Shown here: in pieces, positions 24,520-38,144 of the stretch
Layout of the letters: the number at the start of each line of letters is the position of its first letter
Position numbering within the stretch: the first letter of the stretch is position 1
DNA from: Squalus acanthias
Lineage: Eukaryota
Direction: 5' to 3'
Assembly (NCBI GenBank): GCA_030390025.1
Contig: CM059432.1
Span: 126,792,001-126,856,000, forward strand
Length of the DNA stretch: 64,000 bases
Notes under the pieces: generated by a model
The model's database searches: none
What the model saw: only the letters and a program-made list of their open reading frames with translations
Told to the model about the DNA's origin: nothing
Position numbers and translations under genes: made by a program

Positions 24520-25287
24520 ATAGAATTGCTGAAGAATTATTCACCAATTCATGAAAAATATTTATACCATGGGAATCTTGAGTGAAATATTGTATTTCAC
24601 TAAACCAGGAGATATTTTAATTGTTACTGCCATTTTAATAAAATGAATAAATTAGCAAGTTATAATAAGCTATCAGCTCAACCCAAAACTATTGCACTCT
24701 GCTACTGATGGACTCGGAAGCTGCTAGATTCTCGGCTTCATGTTCCTTGTATGGCTTGAAAACATCTACATATTTTGTTTTAAAAAACCTGCATTTCCAA
24801 GATGGTTTCCTGCAGCTGAATTTTAAACTAGTGCGATGAAAAAAATCTTTAGAACCAATGCATTGACTCTGGCTCTTTATGCCTGGAAATGTCCGTTTCC
24901 ATCGATTGGAGAGGTGCATTCCACTGCTACTTAAAGAATTAAAAGTGGTGCACAAGCCATCACTGTAAATAGGCTGACATTTTAATAGCAATGTTATTCA
25001 GTATTAAGCCAATGAACATGAGAAACTGATGTTAATTGGCTTTCACTATAAATAGATTAGATGGCAAAATATGTCTAATGCATAAATTTAAAACCATTTC
25101 TGTAGTTTTTTTACACCACTCTGGCATACAAAAATTTGTCAAGTTATTTGTGAGCCACAGTTATTTTTTTTATATAAATGATTATACATTTGAAGTCACT
25201 CCCCTCACATTTTCAGACTACAATAGTTTCATTAAGTTTACCATTCAGTATTGTTGCAACACCAAATATGTTTGCTAAGTTTCATAC

Positions 25288-25400
25288 CTTCCCTACTGGT
25301 ACATTTTTAACATCTTCAACAAATACCACTTCTCTAAGTGGCCACTGCTCTTCATTCACTTTTTCTTCCTCTTTAGGTGCTGGAGTGGAACGCCTACGTT
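25288..25400 (-). CDS. UBR5: UBR5 exon (~exon 16), 113 nt
   Basis: atacag|AA CGT AGG...GGG AAG|gtatga; KRRRSTPAPKEEEKVNEEQWPLREVVFVEDVKNVPVGK. Confidence 0.96.
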
Positions 25401-25519
25401 CTGTATTAAAAGAAGAGTTAACTAATCATACCTAAACAATTACAAGGCATGTACAATTCACCTGACATAACTATTAGTACTAAAGATATTAAATGCTATA
25501 AATAGAAGCAGCTGACAAT

Positions 25520-25720
25520 CATCGAATCATACAGCACAGGAGGCCACCCGGCCCATCATGCTTGTGCCAGCTCTTTGAAAGAGCTTTCCAATTAGTCCCA
25601 CTCCCCTGCTCTTTACCCATAGCCTTGCAATTTTTTTACCTTCAGTATTTATCCAATACCCTTTTGAAAGTTACTATTGAATCTGCTTCCACCACCCTTT
25701 CAGGCAGTGCATTCCAGATC
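25520..25720 (-). mobile_element. CR1 3' tail fragment inside a short UBR5 intron
   Basis: GAATCATACAGCACAGGAGGCCA...TCTGCTTCCACCACCCTTTCAGGCAGTGCATTCCAGATC, similar to 39795-40000. Confidence 0.75.
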
Positions 25721-25787
25721 AAAACTAATCATTTAAGAACAACTTGTAAACAGGGAAACTACAGAATCTCTCTTTTGGAATACTTAC

Positions 25788-25897
25788 TGTAGGGTAGTGA
25801 TGCACTACTAGCGATAGAGGATGCATCACTGCAAGTGGACGCTGGAGACGGTGGTGGTCCCATCTCGGTCTTCACGGGTTCTTGTTTGCTCTCAGTC
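25788..25897 (-). CDS. UBR5: UBR5 exon (~exon 15), 110 nt
   Basis: gtacag|G ACT GAG...TAC A|gtaagt; TESKQEPVKTEMGPPPSPASTCSDASSIASSASLPY. Confidence 0.96.
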
Positions 25898-26296
25898 CTG
25901 TACAAGAAAATTGAAGTTAGCTACACATTTCAAAACAAAGATGTAGAATATTCCACCATGAAGTTATACCAAGTAAAACTAATAAACAGTTTATTTGGAT
26001 ATGGGCAAGTGAAAATCAAAGATGAATCACTTTAAATAAACTAAAATCAACCCTTAATTAAAAACCCATTGTTTTATGCATCCAGAATCCACTGGAGTTA
26101 TTATTCTAAAAATTGTTACACGTCTTTTTTCATATGAAGGCTTGCCCTGGATAGTACATGATCAGGTAATGCCTGGAATGTTGTTGAGCATGTTGATTTA
26201 GCAGTTGATCAGAAGTTATTTATTGAAGATATTTATGTACAATTTTTAATCTTTGTATATCAGACGTTTACTTTGATAAATTTTGCCCTCAAACTG

Positions 26297-26839
26297 AGGC
26301 TGGATTTTGCAGTAGAAATAGTGGTAAGGCCAACAGCGCTCACCATTAGTTACGTGGAAATTGAACAGCAACTGCACGCGTGCAGTTAAACGCGGAAATC
26401 CGGAAGTTGGAATCCAAGATGCAACGTTCCACCAAAAGCTTCCCGAAAATAGCATCTCACCATCTGACATCATTCAAATACATTGAACAGCATGAAGTTA
26501 CTGTACTTACCTGATATATACACACTAAACTCACCAGAAAGAGTTGGGCCTTGTCCATTCCAGTGCAAGTACCCATTTAAAGGCGTGGTAAGTCTTGATT
26601 ACTGCCAAACCACCTCTCTGGCATTGAAAATTAACTTTTACACATGTGGAGTCTAATTCTTTCAGATTTTACTTATTGTTGGAGATTTTAACAAATAATC
26701 CTACACAATCCCAGATGCTTTGTAGAGGGCGTTGCATTTTTTGGCGCTCTAATTTGTACCAAGTCCCAGTACAAAACCATAGAACGTTTATGGGTAAGTG
26801 CAAGTCTAACAAACAGCTGCTGAGAGCAAAATTTGGCCC
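26297..26839. mobile_element. MITE related to 23868-24519
   Basis: Degenerate TIRs AGGCTGGATTTTGC / GCAAAATTTGGCCC (10/14); shared subterminal and internal blocks; CpG-enriched left end. Confidence 0.65.
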
Positions 26840-27139
26840 AACAGTGCTCAAAGGAGACCATTTACGGTGTTTTGGACTAACTAAAATTAATAATTGATGC
26901 TAAGTGCAGCTAAAACAGACTCATTTTTGCCTGATCAGCACAACCATGGGACAAAATGCAATTGTAAACTATTAATGTTTTATCTGGTGGCAGGGAGGAG
27001 AGCGCAAGCAAGCATGAGAGAAAAGACAGTCCCTAATGCAGGGTAAGAAAAATCCTGAGGGAGCATGTACGGATACTATACTGAGGAATAAATACTTCAA
27101 TCTAAATCTTGTCTTTCATGTTAAAAGCTTTCAGATAGC

Positions 27140-27307
27140 AACTCAGTTGAATGTTTCATCTGAAGAATGGCATCTCGGACAAACCAGCACTCCCTCAATA
27201 CTGCACTGAAGTGCTAGTCTCGATAGCGCATTCAAACCCTGGTGCGTGGATTGAACCCACAACCTTCTAACTCTGAAGCAAGAATGCTACCAAATGAGCT
27301 AAGCTGA
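27140..27307 (-). mobile_element. 5' half of DeuSINE (as 1954-2418)
   Basis: TTGAACCCACAACCTTCT...TGCTACCAAATGAGC is the reverse complement of the tRNA-like head. Confidence 0.75.
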
Positions 27308-27665
27308 AGAATGGAAAAAAATATGAAACCAAAAAGGATTTTAATAATTATGTTTGCCGTCATCTATAAGGATTTTAACATTTTTCTTCGACAATATCTT
27401 GCTTTTAATACAGTTTGGAACATACAAAATTAGTGTAGGGTTTACAAGTTGTTTTAGCAAGACACATTTATCCATGCTTTAGATTAATACGAGTGTGGTT
27501 ACTATGAATCAAAGCCAATTGTTTTCACCCAATTAACACATTATAATTATAGCTCAATCTGCATTAAGGCACTGCATACATAGGAGGTGAATTAAGGACA
27601 TTACATATACCCAGCCCAAGACATTTTAAGTACAAACAAGGTATAGCATTACATCAATGACTTAC

Positions 27666-27850
27666 TTATTTTCAGTGCTTTTGGACAATTTTTCTAAGTT
27701 TTTCAAACTTTCTGGTGAGCGCAGCTGGAATCGACAGCTGTCGTTCATATTCCAAACGGACTCCATCAATACACCAACTTTTGGAATGCCAGCACTAATG
27801 GAAAAAGCTACTGCTCCAGCATGGTAAAGTGGATTATTTCTCAAACACAC
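27666..27850 (-). CDS. UBR5: UBR5 exon (~exon 14), 185 nt
   Basis: cattag|GTG TGT...AAT AA|gtaagt; VCLRNNPLYHAGAVAFSISAGIPKVGVLMESVWNMNDSCRFQLRSPESLKNLEKLSKSTENK. Confidence 0.96.
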
Positions 27851-28190
27851 CTAATGGAATAAAATTATATTTCTTGATTTGGCACTCAGTTTAGACACAA
27901 CTAATTGACCCAATTTAACTTATTCAATCTTTGCATATCTAAATTGAAATTATTCCTTTGAGTTGAATGCATACAGTGGAACCATCTGCACAAAAGCACA
28001 ATGCAAGTTTATCTGGTCTAAAATGTCCCTTCCCTCCTTCCTGCAATAAAACTACCGTATTTAATTCATACCTTTACGAAATGAAATGGCAAAAGACATT
28101 GGAGGTTCATTTTATTCTAGATTAACTCCATTCTAATCTAGAATGATAATGTTTTAGAACTTTTTCAAAAGGCACAAAGGTTCTCCTGAC

Positions 28191-28308
28191 CTGCGTTCCA
28201 ACAGTGATATTGGGCATTGAGGAAATGCCTGCATTGGACTTTGGCTTTTTGTTTTTGGCTCTGGCCTTCTCGAGCATCTTTTTTCGTTGACTGAAAGGCA
28301 CTACTCCC
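28191..28308 (-). CDS. UBR5: UBR5 exon (~exon 13), 118 nt
   Basis: ccttag|G GGA GTA...ACG CAG|gtcagg; GVVPFSQRKKMLEKARAKNKKPKSNAGISSMPNITVGTQ. Confidence 0.96.
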
Positions 28309-28589
28309 CTAAGGAGGAAAAAAAGTCACCTGATTCAGCAAACTGAGGTAAAGGTATTTCATTATTAAACTTGAAAGCAGCTTAAAAAAACTGAAGTACA
28401 TACTTTCAGTACTAAATGAACATAGAATGGCAGGAGCCCTTGATTTCATTTGCATCAATGAATCGGATGACTGCCTTCCCCATAAAGAGTTAAAATTTAG
28501 AAGGCAAGAAAACAGATATAGAAGCACACCAAATCGCATCCAGGTTGGTAGTCTACATAGAGGTGGCAAATGAACTCAGTCACATCATT

Positions 28590-29770
28590 TATAAAATTAA
28601 GATAAACTAGAACTATAGACCAGTTAGCTTGACATCAATACTAAGTAAAATAGAAAGTGTCCTGAAAGGGAGTTGTGAGCTGTTAGGAGATGCATAATTA
28701 GTCAGCATGACACTACGGGTGGTAAATCTTGTTCAACAAATCTACCAGACTTCTGAGTGTATCAGGGAAGTTAGTTGACCTGGGGAACGCAGCAGATTGA
28801 ATATACCTGGACTCCAGTAAAGCCTTTGGCAGTACCACATATTTTTGAATGTAGAAAGGCATGGAATGGGATGAAGCTTTTCAAGTGGGTAAACAATGGG
28901 CTAAATCAGGGTGAAAAGGGTAGTCCTTAGGGAAGCAGCAGAGGTAACTCATCGAGTACCATGGGGATTGGTTCACATAGAATTTACAGTACAGAAACAG
29001 GCCGTCCGGCCCAACTGGTCTGTGCTGGTGTTTATGCTCCACACGAGCCTCCTCCCACCCACTTCATCTAATCCTATTAGCATATCAAGAATGTAGGAGA
29101 CACAAAAACATGCATTGCCATGGAAAGGACAGACTATTCGGTTCACATACTACAGAACCCCAGTATGGCAGACGCTCCACAGATTGGTGACTAGGGAGAC
29201 GCAGTTTAAAGTTCAAAGCGTAAACAGAAAATAAATTCTGGCAACTTTTTTTTCCTCCAGTAACAGAAATATTAACAGCACTCAGGGCCATTAGCTCTAG
29301 AATCATAGTATGGACTCTGATGGGTGGTTTGGATGATTGACTACATGGACCAAATGGTCTTCTCCTGCCCAAAATATTATTTTACTACCATCTAAACAAG
29401 AGCTCCGCAATTTACAGCTGAATCAGCTCCAGTATTTCAACCTAGCTGGATAGTTATCCACCACCTAGAAAGGAGGTGATCTTATAGAAATATACAGAAG
29501 ATAGTTAAGGGAGAAGGTAAGTGAGAATATTAATTTAAATTCCAATAATTCGTTCAAACTCAAAGGGTAAATTTAGGATGGATAGCAGGAAGCACGACTT
29601 CATAGTGTAAACATCTGGAACAGACTTCCAGATATGGTAGTCAAAAACCCTAGAATAAATTAAGAAATTAGATGCTAAAATGGATGGGGGGGGGGGGGGA
29701 TTGTAGAGTCTTTCTGGATGGATGAAAGGAGATGGGCCAAAAGGCCTTCCTCATCCATAATTATCCTGTG
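28590..29770 (+). mobile_element. Highly decayed CR1 with nested antisense CR1 tail (~28975-29090)
   Basis: NYRPVSLTS (AACTATAGACCAGTTAGCTTGACATCA), YLDSSKAF remnants, two CR1-like 3' UTRs. Confidence 0.65.
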
Positions 29771-31270
29771 AATTGCAATTACTGAAGCCAACCCTGGCTG
29801 CACAGCTGAAGATCAACACTTGGACACCTTGGTTTTACCTCTCATGTCGGAAGGTAGCTAAGCAGCTACTGAAGCCTTAGGACATGTGGTCTTTTATTTG
29901 GAACTAGAGGTTCTCAGAGTATCCTTGCCCCTTCTCAGGAGCCACTAAATGTGACTATCAATATTGTTGGAGTCTTTGGGAACAGACCATATCTGAACTC
30001 CATTCTAAGCTGCAGGTATTTTTTTGTTGAAGAGGCATAACACTTACATACTATATGGAGGGGGGGGGAGAAATAAAGAGAAACATGCTTAAACTAGTAC
30101 TGTATATTCCTGTTAAGTCAGGTTTTGCTTTATAGCAAAATTCAGCTGAGTTATTCATATTTCATAATTTAAATAAATCAGCATTGGTGTTCTTTCCACA
30201 ATTTCAATTTGAATCAACAGAATTTCAATTAAGCAACTTCAAATTAAAAGAACATCGGCCTTCAATGCTGCATCAATGCTCCTTGAGCAATGGCTCTTAA
30301 ATTGCTCCCAACACCAAGGACAGACCAGTTGCCACCAATACTTCACCATTTTGCAAATATAGCTCAAAATGCATTCCCTTAGTCAGAAAGGGCAAAATTA
30401 TAATACAATACTGCTTTTAAGAGATGTCCAACATTACTCAACAAAAGTCCTATTGACATTATCCTGGTTTAAAGCATTTCTCCGAGCAAATCTGACGCTC
30501 AGGGCTGGCTCATGCTACATCAGCAAGGAACATAAAGATGGTGGGTGCCTCATGGATTCATTCTATTGAATTTTGAGATCTTGAAAGAGTAATGCCGTTG
30601 ATCAAAATCAAGACCGAGTTAACAGAGTATCAACTGTTGTGCAGGCCTCAAGTCAGCTGTCAGAACATTGAAACAAAGGGAAAAGAAACTCAACTTTTGC
30701 AAGTGCAGCAACAATGACTTTGCAAAATCAAAGTCTCCTTGGAAGCTAGCAAAAAACTAAATTAAACCTGCACAGGAAAGAGTTTTGCTAAAGAATGGGC
30801 AAATAATATTAATCACGGATAGGAACCGTTGGAATTGCTACCGACTTTAGAAAATGAATGGAGTGGTATGATGGAATGGGGATACAACACCACTGACCAA
30901 GACTGCTCTTGCATGATGCTAACATCTGAAAGCAATAGTGCCCAGAATGGCTGATTGGCAAGTATTCATCTGTACAGAGCTTGAATGAACATTAACATTT
31001 TTAGTCAAGTTTATGAAAGCTTGCAAGAAGAAAGTAGCAACCTGTCCCTGGAGTATCATGCTGATCACTATTCTCCCATTTGAAACATTTGGGCAAGTAG
31101 TTTATTTTTAAACGAACAAACATAGCTATCCATTTAAACAGAATCCAACGTCAACATAGTGAAAAGGAAAGCAGGTAAGCTACACTATATTCTGTATTAT
31201 TGACTTGACCAAAGCCAACATATGTACTTCACCAATATGGTGACAGTTTACAAATGCATTCAACACTTAC

Positions 31271-31425
31271 CACCAATAGAGGCCATTTTCCAGCTGGACA
31301 CATGTATATAGGGCACAACAATGTAAAGACACAATCTTTTCTCCTTGCAACTCTGGAAAAATTTGGGCACTGTGCTCCAGTTTAGAAGCTACAGAACATA
31401 ACGTCTCATCTACCCATGTGGCAAC
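31271..31425 (-). CDS. UBR5: UBR5 exon (~exon 12), 155 nt
   Basis: tcttag|GTT GCC...TGG TG|gtaagt; VATWVDETLCSVASKLEHSAQIFPELQGEKIVSLHCCALYTCVQLENGLYWW. Confidence 0.96.
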
Positions 31426-32821
31426 CTAAGACAAAAAGTACAAGCATATATTGCAATCATTTTGGTAGAGAAATGTACAGCCTCCCATTCCAGAGTTAAG
31501 AATTGCCCCACATAATATACCCACACACAGGATTTGGTTGATTCCCAAAATTGATGTACACGAAGATATTCATTGCAGCAACATATCACAAATGCAACAG
31601 CCACTTAAAACACTTAGTTCGGATTGTTTACTAAACACTAAAAAAAACCTCCTTTTTCACTGCAAACAGATGAATACTAATGTTAACTGTTGGTTAAATG
31701 AGAAGCTCCAATTGCAAATGAGTAACGGCATCTTCCAGTGTAGCACTATGCCATAGAGACCAGAAAGTACCAGTCAGTACAGATCTGTACCTCATTTGCT
31801 GATTGCAGCCCGAATAGTGGTTAGGGCACTATAATTGACTACAATAAAAAGGGTAGGAGATTCCTACTTGATTGCTATCTAGTGGATCTGGTCAGAAAGT
31901 GCGCACATTTGGACAGACAAGAATGAGGTTCAGCTGCGGTATCCTCCATAGTCAAATAACCTCCCAACACAATGCATCAGCTCACACATGAAAAATTATC
32001 CACTTGATGACCACAGGTTGCTGGCACCCATGGAACTATAGCCCAAGCAGGAGTCAGCACCTTCAGGTAGGAGGAGAGAAAACTGGCACAAAAATGCACA
32101 TGTAATCTCTTGGAAAAACTGCTCCACTAAATAGTGTTATTTTGGCAAATTAAGCTACTTTATATTCAAGTACTTTTATGTAATCCAATCAATCAGTTAC
32201 ATATGACAGGAACTATTACATATTGACTGCACATCATCTCCCAGGCTGTTACTCATAGCCACCTAGCACAATGGATCCAGCTTCACCAGATCTCTGCTGG
32301 GTCAGCATATGAAACCTTTTGCTAAAGCAAAGTGCTGTGTGGAAAGAGAGAACACATTGTGGCATCTCAACCCAATATACGCATAACTTGCTGACAAGAA
32401 TGAACTGAAATGATAGCTACAGGGGAGGAGTGTGGTGAAGGCAAGTAAGGGAGGGAATAAAAAAGGAAAGGAATCCAAGCAAATGTCATTGAAAACAAAA
32501 GCTTTCATTTTCAGAAGGTACCTTGAACAACCAGATTAAACGCACTCTTGACTTCTAGACATCACACCAAATTGGACAAAATTTTTGTACAGTAATTATT
32601 TCCACCCATCTTTAAATAGTTAATCAAGAAGCACAACTAAAACATCCAAAACAAAATCCCAAACTACAGAACAGCCTAGGAATTATTTAAAACCAGATCT
32701 GTATTCAGGACCAGCCCAACAAAGCCATTATGAGTATGCAAGGAACAAAACAAGAGTTGGTGACAGTCTGAAAAAGACATAACTTATCAGCTTCCACATC
32801 TATCAGTTCAATTATACTCAC

Positions 32822-32932
32822 TTTGTTGTTCTCTGTAGCAACTGTGGCTCTAATACTATTAGCAGCCAGCAGGACAATCTTCTCATTAGTTAAACTTAAC
32901 TGTGTGGTTCGAGGATGGTGCACAGAGGGATT
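32822..32932 (-). CDS. UBR5: UBR5 exon (~exon 11), 111 nt
   Basis: ctaaag|AAT CCC...AAC AAA|gtgagt; NPSVHHPRTTQLSLTNEKIVLLAANSIRATVATENNK; preceded by a 104-nt intron. Confidence 0.95.
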
Positions 32933-33036
32933 CTTTAGGGGACAGAGAAGATTTAAAAATTCAGTTAGCACAAACAACAATATGCAATTAGACAAAAATC
33001 AGAGGTAAAGTGAAGCAAAAATTAAAATATTCATAC

Positions 33037-33153
33037 CTGTGTATTTCTATAAGGTTCGGATTCATTCCACTTCCATTGATACAATTCACCTTTGCTGCTT
33101 ACAGCTACAAGCTCAGAGTACAGGGCTCCGATCGCTACAAATTTGGTGCCATC
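33037..33153 (-). CDS. UBR5: UBR5 exon (~exon 10), 117 nt
   Basis: ttccag|GAT GGC...ACA CAG|gtatga; DGTKFVAIGALYSELVAVSSKGELYQWKWNESEPYRNTQ. Confidence 0.96.
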
Positions 33154-34416
33154 CTGGAAAAAAACACAGGATTTGAATACATTTACTTGCCCAGGATTTG
33201 CTTCAACTGCTCTGCAGAATCCAGTTTTCTAGCAGCAAATTTTGTGCTGGTTATTATGGTACATCCTCTGACCCACCTGGCGATTTTGTTTAACCTGAAC
33301 TTGCATGATTCAGATCAAAATGAAACTTAACACTACAAATTTTGAGACACAGAAGAATTATATCCATGAAATATTAGCCTCTGTTGTAGCTAACAATTCT
33401 GATGAGTCAAGGCAGACCTCAGCCATTAACAACACTAATCAAGTCCCATATGAATACTTCAGTTAAATGTCCTTAAAGACCAAGTCTTTCTGAAACTCAT
33501 GGACCATACCAGTGATCTAAAACATCTTTCCCGCAAGCAACAAAAGTATTTACCTCTCCCCAGAGAAAGTAATGTTGAAGTTGCAATGGTAGTCATAGCA
33601 AAATGGATGTGGCACTCGACCCTTGCAATCTCTTCAGTCACTCATATCACGCAGTTCCACAAGCTGTAAATTGCCTAATTTATTTCCCACCTCAAATTAG
33701 AATGAGCAGCAACAGTAGGATCCTTTTAAAAATCAACCATTACAAATAATTATGATAATTCTTTGCTATTTTCTATCCAATTTGGCTATCCTACATTTTT
33801 GGTTAGACAGTGAGCGTTAACATTTTGTGGTACTGGCTGGTTGGACACTCGTGGAGCGGAATTAACATACAGGCCTGTTATACAACACATTTTCAGTTTT
33901 GGTCTTGCAGCCACTCAAACTGTGCAGTGTAATTTGGGTGCAAACTAGCTAATATCAAATTTAAACAAGCGCTGAGTTATGCCAAGATAGAGGCTTGTAC
34001 CACTTCAGCTTTGCAACTGTAATATGATTTAAGTTTTTAAAAACACAAACTTAAACATTAGCAGCCGGATTACTTAATTGGCAGCAAGATGCTACCGAGT
34101 TGCGCTCCATGCCCGCATGCTCAATTTCCCTTGACTAGAATGTGACATGAAGCCAGTCATATTACTCAAGCTGCCAGCCATGTTTCAAACTAGTAAATGC
34201 AGTATATTAGAATAACTATCACATTTAACATGCATTCAACTCCTTGGTCCAATCAGAGGCTCAAAAAAAAAAATCCTTTATGGTGACCATTATGCTCAGA
34301 TTGTGTTTTTAAGAAATAAAAAAATTGTACACATTCAAAACTGTTATTGAATCGTAGTGCCACTTCCAAAACCTAGGATTTAGCTTCAGTCAACCAACGC
34401 ATTTAAAAAAACTCAC

Positions 34417-34628
34417 CCGATCAGGCCACCACTGCAGTTCCTCTCCCAAGGAGACAGGGCTTTGGACCGGAAGGCTTTTCTTATCCAAGCTCGATTCACC
34501 TTCTCGGCTTGTGGAGCCTCGTTCATTATCAAATGAAGAACCATCAAGCCATCTCCTTTCGCGTAAGCGTAAAACTGACTCACGTTCACGCAACAGATCG
34601 GAGTCTCTCTCTAAGGGAAGAAGGAGAA
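34417..34628 (-). CDS. UBR5: UBR5 exon (~exon 9), 212 nt (194 nt if the alternative acceptor at 34611-34612 is used)
   Basis: taccag|TT CTC CTT...GAT CGG|gtgagt; VLLLPLERDSDLLRERESVLRLRERRWLDG...LQWWPDR. Confidence 0.94.
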
Positions 34629-36049
34629 CTGGTATGCAATGGGGTCACACCAGTGGAATAAAAATAAGCCAATCTCTAGGAAAACCCTCCACAGTACAAC
34701 TAAAAGCAGTGTTACACAAAAGCTGTGGATAACAACCCTGCACTAAGCCAAATCAAATAGAATGAAGACTACCACTGAAAAAGGAGAGTCTCTTCCAAAG
34801 TATATCAACTGATTATTTTCTCCTTCCCCCAATATATTAAAAAAATCTCATTTTAAGGTCTACCCAAGCTACCTACCATTCCCTGGTCAAGAGGACGGGC
34901 AGCCAAATGCCTGCCAGGATACTGCCAATGCCTACTTGTAAGTGACTGCTAGAAGGTGTTTATGAGCACAGAAGTTGAATGTTGTCTGGTAACTCCCTCA
35001 TTTCTTGGAAGGAAGACCCTCAATTCCACTCAAACTCTCTTGCCCCTTTCTATTTCAGGTACAAACAAGAATTTAATTTAATTTTTTAAGCTTTGCATGC
35101 AAAATTACACAAGTGAATGCCAAAATTAAAAATGTAATATTTTGAAAATATCTGCAAGGTTGAAGTTTGAACAGAACAGCAAATTGCATATTTTTTCTTG
35201 TTTTGCACATCCAATAGAAACCATTTATCTTGAATCAGTTATCGTTGCACCACCCATTATTTTCTTCATTAAAGAAACAGCATCTTCAACTTTGGATCTA
35301 GATCACTTGAACATACCAGTTTTCACAAGGTGACACTTGTACATTTTAGACTCGTGACAAATGGGCAGCAAGAGTTTGTCCATTACCCTTCTGTCCTGGG
35401 ACACTGTACATGTAGCAATGCAGGCCAAAACCAAATATACTGATTCATCACTGCCCATCTGTTACTGTATACATCTCACTGCACTAATTGAAGTAACGGT
35501 TTGATTTATAATGTGGAATAAGCATGCAATTAACAATGTGATATTTCACAGTTGTGCAGGGATTTGAATTTATGAAGCCTTTTCTTTCCTGCACCTTATC
35601 ACCATGAATATTTCACTTTTAAAACAGCAAGAACACTTCAGGGTGTAAACCTACGTCAATGATTATAGTTACTAAGACACCAGTATATCAATGACCAAAT
35701 AACGTTCCTAATCTTTTTAAACCAATTACCCAACTTTAGAAGCATTCATAATCAATTTGTACTGATTTTCACCCGAAAACAGACTTGTAAACTCAGTTTT
35801 CTGAAAATTGTAATTTTTGTGAGGATCAAGAGATTTGATTTAGTGTACAACCTGTAGGTGCACACAGGCTGCATCTGATGCCATACATTTCTCCAGCACA
35901 CCAGCAAAAAACTTGTACATTTAACTTAAAAGAATCTAGGAAAATATTTAGAATCAATATTAAAAAAATTAAGTGTACAAGTTTCTGTAAATTAGAATTT
36001 TTCTCTCCTGTCCAATTTCTACTATAAGACAAAGCATACTATTTTGTTC

Positions 36050-36765
36050 TTGTAGAAGACCTTGGGCAGGCCTCAAACTACAGTATCCAGTTTTGGTCGT
36101 CTCATATGCTGGGTTATACAGAGGCTTTGTAAAGGGTGCAGAGGAGGGCCACTAGACTAATTCCCAGTTTAAAGTATCTTAGTTATCAAGTAGGCTAAAA
36201 GAGCTCTGGGACTCTACACTTTAGAGAAGCAGAGACTTGGGGGTGATCTGACCGAGGTTTACAAAATGATGAACGGAATAGATGGTGTTCAAGTTCAGAG
36301 TTTGCTCCAAGTAGAGAGGTTAGGGAGGACCAGGGTCACAATTTTAAGTCATACAAGGCCAGATCCAGGTTAGATGTCAGGAGATGGCCAGAGAACAGCA
36401 GACCTCGAACAGACTACTGGCTCATGCGGCGGACCCTGATTCACTGAATTCCTTCATGCAAGAGCTGGACCGGTTTCTGCCTGGGGTGGAGATCACCCTG
36501 TACAAAAGGTAGGTACTGTATAGAATTATCAGGGCCAGAGTGATTTCCTGGACTGGTTTTGATCGCCGGTGGGGCGGGGGGCTGGTCAGAGAGGAATTTT
36601 CCAGTTTTAACCCACCACCCCCAATATTGGCCTGGGGTTTTCACCCCTCCCAGGGGATCACATAGTTTTGGGTGAGGTACAGAGTGTATATAGGTATCAC
36701 AATTGCATGGGACAGGCTGGATGGACCAGAGAGTCTTTTCCTGTCAGTCATTGTTCATATGTATG
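36050..36765 (+). mobile_element. CR1-group LINE 3' fragment with long 3' UTR
   Basis: RPQ..YSIQFWS, VQRRATRLIP, GDLTEVYKMMNG remnants; ends GGATGGACCAGAGAGTCTTTTCCTGTC. Confidence 0.7.
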
Positions 36766-37273
36766 TACACCTGGGAAATGCCAAGTTTCTTTTTAGGTCT
36801 AGATTTTAAAAATAAATACCAAAGAACTCTAAACCACAACTAGTAAAGAAAGCAGACCACTTGATCACACAGTTGTGGTTAAAGCAAACTCCTGTGTCAA
36901 CGTAGAAACAGATAGCAAAACACCCTGAAATTGTGTCTTCCAGTAATACCTTTCGAGAGTGCTCAGAGATGAGAGGAGATTAGTACAGGGTAAAATAATT
37001 TGGTCAAGTTTCGCTGTTAACAGTTTGTTATCATGGAGGGATTTTGAAAACAGTGGCAAATTCTAGGTTTCTATCTTATACTTGCTATTGAGATATACCT
37101 AACTATCTGGTTTATCTACAGCTTACCAAAAAAAAACGTAATATTACACTGAATTATTCACTACTGTTACCACCAGAAGCAAAATACAATTAATTTTTGA
37201 AAAGCAAAGGATAAAGAGGCAACACCTAGAAAGACACAGAAAAGCTTGCAAAATGATCTTGGCTTCAAAATAC

Positions 37274-37423
37274 CTCTTGATGAGCCTAGTCTGGAGAGAG
37301 AAGAGCGACGGAAGGAAGGATAACCAAAATAGCTGATATCTTCAGAAAACATAGCATCAGCATCTATGATGACACTCGGATGTGCAGAATGGATATCTGC
37401 ATCCAGCAATGACATAAGATCCT
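37274..37423 (-). CDS. UBR5: UBR5 exon (~exon 8), 150 nt
   Basis: tctcag|AG GAT...AGA G|gtattt; EDLMSLLDADIHSAHPSVIIDADAMFSEDISYFGYPSFRRSSLSRLGSSR. Confidence 0.96.
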
Positions 37424-38144
37424 CTGAGAAGGGAACATAGCAATGTCAATAGTACAAAAACATTTTCCGCAAGTAAATTTGTTTTTAAAAAAAACCCACA
37501 TGTAATAGGAAGAATGTAGTTGACATTAATGAGTAGCATACATTCCTCCATCAATAAAGGAAAAAAAAAAACTAGAATCTGAACGGAATGAATGGAGGAT
37601 AAAGGATCTTTGTTACAAACATTCTCCATGGTAAAATTTACTATACACTTTTAGTACAATATTATTTTCAAATGATTGAAAATGAATAGTATTTCCTACA
37701 TTGGAATATTACAAGGTGCCCATCCATGTTATTCATAGAATCAGTAAAGCAATTTTGAGAAATGGGGAAATTATATCTGAAAGACTGCAGTTATTTTACA
37801 CAAAATGAGTTGTAGAAAGAAATTTCAAACAAACAGCAACTTTTGTCAGACAAGCTACACATTATCTTTCAGAGGGGGAATGGGGTGGGGGGAGTTCTAT
37901 GATTTACAACACTTTTTCTGAAACAGCAATCTGAGACAGATGTGAATTGATAGGGATATGGATTGGTACTTTACAGGTGACCCTCAGGCTCCTTGATACG
38001 CACTTATGCGCCCTACAAAAACAAAAAACTGGTCACGCTGCTGCAGGATATTGCCATTTTCTCGTTTCACAATTCTAGGTCAGCTAATAACACCAGAAGA
38101 AAAAACAAGTCTGAACCTGAAATTCCAGTATCAAGCTCACAAAC

